From positions 28,075 to 92,074 of the forward strand of contig DDUX01000154.1 in assembly GCA_002345025.1 (NCBI GenBank): a stretch of 64,000 bases of DNA. The letters run 5' to 3'. The position numbers and the translations under genes are program-made. This DNA is from Candidatus Accumulibacter iunctus. Its GTDB lineage: Bacteria > Pseudomonadota > Gammaproteobacteria > Burkholderiales > Rhodocyclaceae. The notes below the pieces were generated by a model. That model was not told where the DNA came from. It searched no databases and was given only the letters and a program-made list of their open reading frames with translations. Of the stretch, positions 18,730-28,400 are shown piece after piece. How positions within the stretch are numbered: position 1 is the stretch's first letter; each line of letters starts with the position of its first letter.

Positions 18730-19010
18730 CCAGCATTACGAAGCGACACACGGTTCATCTCCATGCAATGGAGAACGTGGGACATTCCGAGAGCCACAGA
18801 CGAGGAAGGAAGTCTACCTCCCGCAGAGACCGACTAACAAACGCAGAAAGTGGCTTCGGCGACAATTCCGCGTTTATACATGCATCGCAACCATCCACTA
18901 CTCCAGCGCATCAGCGGCTTGCCCGGTTTGGACTATCTTGGTTTCCCGGATTCTGTTGGCGATCGCTCTCGAATTGTGTTTGAAGCAACTTGCACTAAGA
19001 AGCTACACAC

Positions 19011-19039
19011 TTGACACGATCCCTGGCGGTGGCTAGTAT
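19011..19039 (+). promoter_or_regulatory. Candidate sigma70 promoter of the Cascade operon (TTGACA-17 nt-TAGTAT)
   Basis: Consensus -35 at 19011..19016, exact 17-nt spacer, -10 TAGTAT at 19034..19039. It lies in the 446-nt lower-GC cas3-cas8e spacer, about 130 nt upstream of the cas8e ATG. Confidence 0.55.
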
Positions 19040-19175
19040 CGCAGCTGTGGGTCCCGCGCCGGCTGACTGCATGAAATCCGCTCCTCCAAGGTTCGGGTTT
19101 CGTCACCTACTGCGTGGGGTGGCCAGCCTCCAAACTTGGCCACCTCCACCTTGTATTCAAGGAGAACGAAGGAAG

Positions 19176-20819
19176 ATGTCGCTACTGACCGAAGATTGGA
19201 TGCCGGTTCGCTATCGTGATGGCTGCCGCGCTTGGGTCGCACCAAGCGAACTCGCCGATCCCCGCATCGTCGCCTTTGACGCCGATCGTGCCGATTTCAA
19301 CGGCGCCCTCGTGCAGTTCGCGATTGCCCTCCTGCAGACCAGCACCCCCGTGGTTGAGCCCGATGACTGGGACTTCTGGTTCGAGGATCCGCCCGATTCG
19401 GCGACCCTGACCGCTTGGTTTTCACCACTGGCGGCAGCTTTCGAGTACGACGGTGAAGGCGCGCGCTTCCTGCAGGATTTCGAGCTGAGGGCGGGGCGGG
19501 GCGTCTCGTTCGAAATCGCCGGCCTGCTCATCGAAGCGGCGGGAGAACAGTCGGTGCAGCGGAACACCGACCACTTCGTCAAGCACGGTCAGGTGGCGGG
19601 CATGTGTCCCCATTGCGCGTTGACAGCGCTGCTCACGCTGCAGATCAACGCGCCAGCGGGTGGATCAGGCCACCGCACCGGACTGCGCGGCGGCGGGCCG
19701 CTGACCACTCTTGTCCTGTGCCATCCGCAGCGCAGTCTGTGGCACGACCTCTGGCTCAACGTGCGTTCCCGCTCCGAGTTCCTCGCGTCTCAAGGCGACC
19801 CGCGCAAGGCGGCACCGCACTTTCGGTTTCCATGGCTCAGGGAGATCGGCGCGATCCAGCCGGATGGTGGCGAGACCTCACCATTGCTCGTGCATCCGGA
19901 CCATGTCTTCTGGGCGATGCCGCGCCGGATTCGGTTGGACCTGACCGATACGGGCCTTGGCGATTGCGACCTCTGTGGCCGGCACTGCGACAGACTCATC
20001 CGGCGCTACGAAACGAAGAATCACGGCCTCAATTACAAAGGCCCCTGGAACCATCCGCTGTCGCCGTACTACGAGACCAAGGAAGGCTGGCTGCCGATTC
20101 ATCCGCAGCCGGGCGGCATCGGCTACCGTCATTGGCTGGCGTGGGTCATGGGCGTAGCGACGCAACAAAAAGGCAGGCGGCCGGCAACCGTGGTCAGCCA
20201 TTTCCTCGCGCACCTCTTTCCGCGCGCCAAGGGACAGCGTCGCTTGTGGGCCTTTGGTTTCGACATGGACAACATGAAGGCCCGCTGCTGGTACGAAGCG
20301 ACGATACCGCTCTACGGACTGGCCGATTGTCAGCCCGAGGCGCAGCGGCAGGCGCAGGCGGAGGTGGGCCGCTGGCTTGCCGGAGCCGAACTGGCAGCGT
20401 CGTGCTTGCGCAGTGCGGTGAAGGAAGCCTGGTTCGGCAAGGAAGCCCGAGGTGACCTCAGCGCAGTCGAAGCAGGTTTCTGGAGCCGGACCGAGCCGGA
20501 GTTCTATCGGCAGCTCGAGTCGCTCATCACTTCCCTGCGCAGCGATGGTGATGGCGACTCCCGGGTCGATCGCTTGCCGGTCCGGGCCGCTTGGCATCGG
20601 AATCTCATCGACACGTGCGAGAGCCTTTTTGATGGCGAGTTTGTCGGCGTCGCGGCGATCGAACGTCAGAACATGCGACGCGTGGTCAAGTCTTGGCACC
20701 GCCTGAGGGCAAACCTCAGGGGACCGGCCATTCGCAAAGCGCTAGGACTCCCGGACGCCGAAGGTCCTGGCACAAGCAACAAGGCCAAGGGTGCATCCGC
20801 AGCCCCGCGAGCATCCTGA
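19176..20819 (+). CDS. cas8e: Type I-E Cas8e (Cse1/CasA), Cascade large subunit
   Basis: N-terminus MSLLTEDWMPVRY... is typical of Cse1. I chose the ATG at 19176 (AAGGAGAA / AGGAAG upstream) rather than the extended ORF start at 19011. Confidence 0.9.
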   Translation: MSLLTEDWMPVRYRDGCRAWVAPSELADPRIVAFDADRADFNGALVQFAIALLQTSTPVVEPDDWDFWFEDPPDSATLTAWFSPLAAAFEYDGEGARFLQDFELRAGRGVSFEIAGLLIEAAGEQSVQRNTDHFVKHGQVAGMCPHCALTALLTLQINAPAGGSGHRTGLRGGGPLTTLVLCHPQRSLWHDLWLNVRSRSEFLASQGDPRKAAPHFRFPWLREIGAIQPDGGETSPLLVHPDHVFWAMPRRIRLDLTDTGLGDCDLCGRHCDRLIRRYETKNHGLNYKGPWNHPLSPYYETKEGWLPIHPQPGGIGYRHWLAWVMGVATQQKGRRPATVVSHFLAHLFPRAKGQRRLWAFGFDMDNMKARCWYEATIPLYGLADCQPEAQRQAQAEVGRWLAGAELAASCLRSAVKEAWFGKEARGDLSAVEAGFWSRTEPEFYRQLESLITSLRSDGDGDSRVDRLPVRAAWHRNLIDTCESLFDGEFVGVAAIERQNMRRVVKSWHRLRANLRGPAIRKALGLPDAEGPGTSNKAKGASAAPRAS

Positions 20820-20843
20820 TCACCCAGCACAGAGGAAGGAAAG

Positions 20844-21377
20844 ATGTCGATTCAATTCATTGGCAGCACACATGAGCCGACGCGAGTTGGACGCGTACTG
20901 TTTGACTGGTGGCATGGCCTCGAAGAAGATCACGCCAGCCGCGCGATCGTGCGGCGCGCGGCGTCCCCCACAGCGGTCGCACTGACTGGACCATATCAGC
21001 GGCTGTATCGTCGCCTGCTCAAAGCTGGCTGGCCGGCCGATGCGACCGATGGGCAGGACGAGCGGCTGGCGGCGATTGTCGGGTTGCTGGCTCACGTCAG
21101 GGATGACACGGCACGTTCGAGTGGCGGTTCGCAATCGATCTCGGCAGCGATGAGTCAAAGGAGAACCGATCGCCCCCTGGTCAGCGAGCTGCGCTTTCGG
21201 CGCCTCCTCGAGTCGCCGGACTCCGACTCGCTGTTCACTGCGCTGCGCCGCGTGTTGCCATTGATGGACTACAGGATCGACGTGCTGGGGCTGGCCAACG
21301 ACTTCTTCTACTGGGGCGATGCAGTAAGGAAGCGATGGGCGTACGACTACCAGTGGCCAGAAGAAAAGAAAACCTGA
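20844..21377 (+). CDS. cse2: Type I-E Cse2/CasB (Cas11e), Cascade small subunit
   Basis: 177 aa, in the position and of the size of Cse2, with the C-terminal W-rich motif (DFFYWGDAVRKRWAYDYQW). Confidence 0.85.
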   Translation: MSIQFIGSTHEPTRVGRVLFDWWHGLEEDHASRAIVRRAASPTAVALTGPYQRLYRRLLKAGWPADATDGQDERLAAIVGLLAHVRDDTARSSGGSQSISAAMSQRRTDRPLVSELRFRRLLESPDSDSLFTALRRVLPLMDYRIDVLGLANDFFYWGDAVRKRWAYDYQWPEEKKT

Positions 21378-21436
21378 TATCGAGCAAGAGCCCGAATGAC
21401 TGAGCAGTTTCTCGCATCCCATACAAGGAGCCACGA

Positions 21437-22501
21437 ATGTCCCGTTTTGTTCAGCTACACCTTCTGACCAACTATGCGCCCTCCAATCTCAACCGCGATG
21501 ACACTGGGCGACCGAAGAATGCCCTCGTCGGGGATGCGCTCCGCTTGCGCATTTCCTCCCAGTGTCAGAAGCGCGCATGGAGAACTTCGGATGCCTTTGC
21601 AGGTGCGTTGGGCGATCACCTCGGCACGCGAACGAAGCGTCTCGGCAACGAGGCGTTTCAGGCCCTTTGCAACGCTGGGGTGCGCGAAGCAGATGCGCGC
21701 AAATGGAGTCGCATGATCGCCGGCTGTTTCGGAAAGCCGAAATCCGAGAAGAAGACCGATAATGATGAGGATCTCGAGATCGAGCAGCTCGCACACGTGA
21801 GCACCGACGAGCGGGCTGCGGTGCGGGAGTTGGTAGCAAAATGCGCGCAACGTGGCAGCGGACCGGAGGGGGAAGAGCTGTCGCTATTGCGCAAGCCTCG
21901 ACACGACGTTGACATCGCAATGTTTGGACGCATGCTTGCCGATTCTCCGCAGTTCAATGTCGAAGCTGCCGTGCAGGTTGCGCACGCGATAACCGTGCAC
22001 CGTTGCACCGTCGAGGACGACTACTTCAGTGCCATCGACGACCTCAACCGCGATGCGCCCAACGCCAGCCACATTGGTGAGCGCGGGTACGGAGCGGGAT
22101 TGTTCTACCAGTATGTATGCATCAATAGAGAGCTGCTGTCTGACAACCTCGGCTGCGACGGTGAGCTGACTGCCAGGGCGCTGGCGGCACTGGTGCATGC
22201 AGTGACCAAGGTCACGCCCAATGGTATGCAGAGCAGTTTCGCTTCGCGCGCGTACGCGAGCTACGTGCTTGGGGAAAAAGGCGATCAGCAGCCCCGTTCG
22301 CTTGCCGAGGCTTTCCTCCAGCCCATCAAGCCGACGGGTGACCGCGGCATGCTCGATTCGGCTATCGCGAAGCTCGAAACATGGCAGAAGCACTTCGACG
22401 ACGTGTACGGTGCCTGCGCCGCCAGCCGCTACACGATCAACGTGGTCACGGGTGACGGGCGGCTGACCGACCTCGTTGCTTTCGTGCAGGCCGAACCATG
22501 A
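21437..22501 (+). CDS. cas7: Type I-E Cas7e (Cse4/CasC), Cascade backbone
   Basis: MSRFVQLHLLTNYAPSNLNRDDTGRPK... is the hallmark Cas7e N-terminus. 354 aa. Confidence 0.95.
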   Translation: MSRFVQLHLLTNYAPSNLNRDDTGRPKNALVGDALRLRISSQCQKRAWRTSDAFAGALGDHLGTRTKRLGNEAFQALCNAGVREADARKWSRMIAGCFGKPKSEKKTDNDEDLEIEQLAHVSTDERAAVRELVAKCAQRGSGPEGEELSLLRKPRHDVDIAMFGRMLADSPQFNVEAAVQVAHAITVHRCTVEDDYFSAIDDLNRDAPNASHIGERGYGAGLFYQYVCINRELLSDNLGCDGELTARALAALVHAVTKVTPNGMQSSFASRAYASYVLGEKGDQQPRSLAEAFLQPIKPTGDRGMLDSAIAKLETWQKHFDDVYGACAASRYTINVVTGDGRLTDLVAFVQAEP

Positions 22502-23223
22502 CCGAGTTTCTGGTATTCCAGCTTCGCGCGCCGCTCGCATCCTGGGGCGAGCCCGCAGTTGGCGAGTACCGAGGCAGCCGCGAATACCCCGGCGAATCAG
22601 CGTTGATCGGCCTACTCGGGGCAGCTCTGGGTGTGCGAAGAGATGACGAACCCGCACAGCAGCGGCTACGTGCGGGTTACGCCTTCGCCGTGGGTGTGCA
22701 CGAGGCCGGAACGCTCATGCGCGATTACCATACGGCGCAGGTTCCCAGCCGAACGACACTGAAAGGACGCCCGCGTGTGACAAGAAGCGACGAGTTGTCG
22801 CCGTCTCGGCATGAGTTGAACACGATCCTGTCAACGCGAGACTACCGGCAGGGCGCAGCGTGCATCGTCGCCATGCAGTCGATGCCGGACGCGGTGTACT
22901 CGCTGGCTGCCTTGGCAGAGGCTTTGCTCCAGCCACGTTTTGTACTGTACCTCGGACGCAAGGCCTGCCCTCCGGCGGCGCCACTTTGTCCGCAGATCAT
23001 AGCGGCCGACAATGCCCTCGCTGCGCTGCACTCGTACGGCATCGAGCTGGCTAGTCGCAACGGGGTGACGGTTCGTCGACTTGTGCGACTGGCTTGGTCG
23101 GAGCGTACGCTGGCGGGGGCCGAACCTGACCTCAGCGCGCCCCGTAAGGATCGCGTCATCCGCCGGGCAGCGTGGCAGTTCGGCGATCGTACGGAACACA
23201 TCAAACTGCTTGCGGGAGCATGA
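22498..23223 (+). CDS. cas5: Type I-E Cas5e (CasD)
   Basis: MTEFLVFQLRAPLASWGEPAVGEYR... is the hallmark Cas5e N-terminus. Overlaps the cas7 stop. Confidence 0.95.
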   Translation: MTEFLVFQLRAPLASWGEPAVGEYRGSREYPGESALIGLLGAALGVRRDDEPAQQRLRAGYAFAVGVHEAGTLMRDYHTAQVPSRTTLKGRPRVTRSDELSPSRHELNTILSTRDYRQGAACIVAMQSMPDAVYSLAALAEALLQPRFVLYLGRKACPPAAPLCPQIIAADNALAALHSYGIELASRNGVTVRRLVRLAWSERTLAGAEPDLSAPRKDRVIRRAAWQFGDRTEHIKLLAGA

Positions 23224-23915
23224 ACATGTACTTCAGCTTGATCACTGCCGCCGAAGGACGCGAGAGCGCCGCAGCGCACGAACGAATGCGAGCAGACGCC
23301 TACGCAGACCACCAGTGGCTGTGGCGCTTTTTCCGAACAGTTCCCGGGGGAAGCCGCGAGTTCCTGTTTCGCCGTCAGGACCGTGCAGACGCGCCCCGCT
23401 ACTACGTGGTATCCCAGACTCAGCCGGACGGCGGCAATTCGGCGTGGAGCGTGCAGAGCCGCGAGTACGCACCGATCCTTCGCCCGGGAGACCAGCTTCA
23501 GTTCGACTTGCGTGCCAATCCCGTCGTTACCGTTACAGACGGCAACCAGTCCAGACGCCATGATGTGGTGATGCATGGGAAGAAGCTGTTGCTGCAGCAG
23601 CGGGGTCTCAGCGCTTGGGCGCAGTGGAAGGAGAGCGACAAGCCGGCGCTTGCCGATCTAGTAAGGGACACATGCAGTACTTGGCTCGACCAACGTGCCG
23701 AGCGCTTGGGCTGCGAGATCGATCGCGACAGCCTCGCCGTAGAAGCATACGAGCAACATCGAGGGAAGGGGGAGAAGGTACAGTTCAGCACGGTGGATTT
23801 TTCAGGTGGACTCACCGTCGTCGAGCCGACGCGGATGCTTGATGCGCTATACCGCGGAGTCGGCCATGCAAAAGCCTTCGGTTGCGGGCTGCTGCTCGTA
23901 CGCCGGTCTGCTTGA
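23220..23915 (+). CDS. cas6e: Type I-E Cas6e (CasE), crRNA endoribonuclease
   Basis: Starts at the ATG in an ATGA overlap with cas5. MYFSLI...HQWLWRFF... and the C-terminal G-rich loop GVGHAKAFGCGLLLV are typical of CasE. Confidence 0.9.
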   Translation: MNMYFSLITAAEGRESAAAHERMRADAYADHQWLWRFFRTVPGGSREFLFRRQDRADAPRYYVVSQTQPDGGNSAWSVQSREYAPILRPGDQLQFDLRANPVVTVTDGNQSRRHDVVMHGKKLLLQQRGLSAWAQWKESDKPALADLVRDTCSTWLDQRAERLGCEIDRDSLAVEAYEQHRGKGEKVQFSTVDFSGGLTVVEPTRMLDALYRGVGHAKAFGCGLLLVRRSA

Positions 23916-24127
23916 ATGCCTCGCTCGCCGATCCAGTGTGAATGGGGTGGGGCCATCGCCGTACCAGGCGTTGGGTTTGGCGGCTGGCCTCGAGTGCGCG
24001 GTGTGGCCGGGTGGACGTCCGGGCGCTGCGGTGTTACGAGTGGATGGCGGGGGACTCGGGGCACGCGGCGAACTGCTTGGCCGCTGGGTCGATCTGAGGG
24101 GCTTCGTCGGACGAGGAGTGTGGAAGC

Positions 24128-25331
<1,204 letters not shown>

Positions 25332-25420
25332 CAATTGGGATAATGCTTCCTGCATGCCATGTTCTCGGTAGAAATGTCGATGGCTCATTTCCTTATACAA
25401 ATCAGTCTGATAGACTAAGT
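25332..25420 (+). promoter_or_regulatory. CRISPR leader (AT-richer, 89 nt between the cas2 stop and the first repeat)
   Basis: AT-richer than the flanks by eye (…cttatacaaatcagtctgatagactaagt). It directly abuts repeat 1, and the degenerate repeat is at the opposite end of the array. Confidence 0.75.
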
Positions 25421-28400
25421 GTGTTCCCCGCGCCCGCGGGGATGAACCGTCTGGATCCGTGCTGGAGAGTGCCGGAAGGGCGTGTTCCCCGCGCCCGCGG
25501 GGATGAACCGCGGTATGAACTCTGCATGGCCCAGGGTGAGAAGTGTTCCCCGCGCCCGCGGGGATGAACCGAACGTCGAGTTCTTCGGGATGCTGGCGCA
25601 GGCGTGTTCCCCGCGCCCGCGGGGATGAACCGCGATCGGCCAGCGCGGCCCACAGCCCCTCGAAGTGTTCCCCGCGCCCGCGGGGATGAACCGGCGCTCG
25701 CCCACTCCCTCCCCGGTGGGCTGGAGTGTTCCCCGCGCCCGCGGGGATGAACCGCGGCCGTGAGGCACCTCGGAATTTCTCAGGGTGTGTTCCCCGCGCC
25801 CGCGGGGATGAACCGCCGGGGGAGTCGCTTGGGTGTCCTGCTCCGGTCGTGTTCCCCGCGCCCGCGGGGATGAACCGGAGACGACCACGGGTGCCTTCAC
25901 GGTTTATGTGTGTTCCCCGCGCCCGCGGGGATGAACCGCAGCAGAGCACCCTCGAGCGCCGCATCAACGAGTGTTCCCCGCGCCCGCGGGGATGAACCGC
26001 GACAACCCAGATTCAACACCACAAGCTGCGAGTGTTCCCCGCGCCCGCGGGGATGAACCGTGCACGGCATGAACCGCCCGAAATCATCAGCCGTGTTCCC
26101 CGCGCCCGCGGGGATGAACCGATTCGGCAGGGCCATGGCGTGCGTCGGATGGCGTGTTCCCCGCGCCCGCGGGGATGAACCGGTCAGGCTCCTGGGTGGT
26201 GGGTGGTGGTTGGTGTGTTCCCCGCGCCCGCGGGGATGAACCGTTCATGTCGGCGACAGCGGCGGCAACTGATCCGTGTTCCCCGCGCCCGCGGGGATGA
26301 ACCGAATCCGTGGTCTCGATCGAGAATCGGCCGAGCGTGTTCCCCGCGCCCGCGGGGATGAACCGCCGAGGAACCGCCGGCCCATCAGCAGCGCGCCGTG
26401 TTCCCCGCGCCCGCGGGGATGAACCGTCCGGCGAGCCAGCACTGGTCGGTGCTGGGGTGTGTTCCCCGCGCCCGCGGGGATGAACCGATGACGAGCAACG
26501 GACACAAGGTCGCGCTGCTGGTGTTCCCCGCGCCCGCGGGGATGAACCGCCACGGTCGTTGATGGCCTGGTCCAGTTCCCAGTGTTCCCCGCGCCCGCGG
26601 GGATGAACCGTCGCTGCCAACGGCAACCTGATGGGCGAATACGTGTTCCCCGCGCCCGCGGGGATGAACCGAATCTGCACGGGGGATGGACAGCCAAGCG
26701 ACTGTGTTCCCCGCGCCCGCGGGGATGAACCGCCAATCCACAACGAGCGCAGTCTTGCCCGAGCGTGTTCCCCGCGCCCGCGGGGATGAACCGCCTGTCC
26801 CGTCGCTACCTGGTGGTGAGTCCGGGTGTTCCCCGCGCCCGCGGGGATGAACCGCGTGGCCCACGTCGTACCTTGATCCGCAGCAGGTGTTCCCCGCGCC
26901 CGCGGGGATGAACCGCCCGAGGAATCGGACTACTATGGACTAGGGCAGTGTTCCCCGCGCCCGCGGGGATGAACCGCGCTCGACGCTGATTTTTCACGGC
27001 GACCAGGGGTGTTCCCCGCGCCCGCGGGGATGAACCGTCGTACGGTACGGTTAACGGTACGGTCGTCTGGTGTTCCCCGCGCCCGCGGGGATGAACCGAA
27101 GGCAGAGCGCAAGCGGTACAGTCCAGATCCGTGTTCCCCGCGCCCGCGGGGATGAACCGGCGACGGTGATGGTGTTGGCGGTGGCGGACTGGTGTTCCCC
27201 GCGCCCGCGGGGATGAACCGGCGCTGATCGATACCACCGTCGCGCCGGTGGTGTGTTCCCCGCGCCCGCGGGGATGAACCGCACCTGTCCGCCCTATCCG
27301 TCGCGCAGCAGTAGTGTTCCCCGCGCCCGCGGGGATGAACCGATGCCCGCCTCGTTGGCGCCGTAGTATTCGCCGTGTTCCCCGCGCCCGCGGGGATGAA
27401 CCGCGATTCAGGATCTACGAGGACCGCATCAAAACCGTGTTCCCCGCGCCCGCGGGGATGAACCGTCGGCGCGATCTGCCCAAAAGTGGCGTCCTGCGTG
27501 TTCCCCGCGCCCGCGGGGATGAACCGGCCTCGACAGCCCGAACGGCCGCATCAAGGGAGTGTTCCCCGCGCCCGCGGGGATGAACCGTATCTCGGTGAGG
27601 TCGCGGGGTTGGGTGCCACGTGTTCCCCGCGCCCGCGGGGATGAACCCAGGGAATACTTGACTAAGTGTGGAGGGTATTAGTGTTCCCCGCGCCCGCGGG
27701 GATGAACCGGTCGGCGTCCGTCTGCGGCTCAAGCCTGCGACGTGTTCCCCGCGCCCGCGGGGATGAACCTCGATGATGCAACGGCGTTCCGAATGCTCAA
27801 GCGTGTTCCCCGCGCCCGCGGGGATGAACCGCCGGAGATCGCAACCGGATTGATTGCCGGCGCGTGTTCCCCGCGCCCGCGGGGATGAACCGGTCACCTT
27901 GTAGCCGCGCTGGACGACGTCGAAGTGTTCCCCGCGCCCGCGGGGATGAACCGTACGTTCCGCCGACGGGGAATGTCTGCGCTGTCGTGTTCCCCGCGCC
28001 CGCGGGGATGAACCGGCCATCAGGACGTTGTTGGTGATGCGGTAGACGTGTTCCCCGCGCCCGCGGGGATGAACCGATCGATCCCCCCTGCGGCTGGCTC
28101 GACTGGGCGTGTTCCCCGCGCCCGCGGGGATGAACCGCCCTCTTCAGCGGCGAAACCCCTGGCGCCGACGTGTTCCCCGCGCCCGCGGGGATGAACCGGA
28201 GCTTCCCGCGCGTGGCGTGTGCGGTACTGCGTGTTCCCCGCGCCCGCGGGGATGAACCGACCTTGGTCGTGTGGTTTTCGTCGGCGCCGCGGTGTTCCCC
28301 GCGCCCGCGGGGATGAACCGGATATCTGGCCAAGAACGGTGTAGGTGGTTTGGTGTTCCCCGCGCCCGCGGGGATGAACCGTCATCAATGGCGCTGGTCT

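Noticed and set aside
19046-19079. A repeat-like stretch at the predicted start of the Cascade transcript (GTGGGTCCCGCGCCGGCTGACTGCATGAAATCCG versus the repeat GTGTTCCCCGCGCCCGCGGGGATGAACCG). The first 21 nt match at 14/21, and ATGAA..CCG follows after insertions.
   Set aside because: The Cas6e hairpin arms are not preserved. The shared core CCCGCGCC is a common octamer in this GC-rich genome. The alignment needs two insertions, and no second pseudo-repeat follows.
27649-27680. Spacer 37 (AT-rich, AGGGAATACTTGACTAAGTGTGGAGGGTATTA) shares 11 nt (GACTAAGTGTG) with the leader-repeat 1 junction (25414..25424).
   Set aside because: The match does not extend on either side, and it was noticed post hoc. 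It is not enough to argue for acquisition from a related CRISPR leader.
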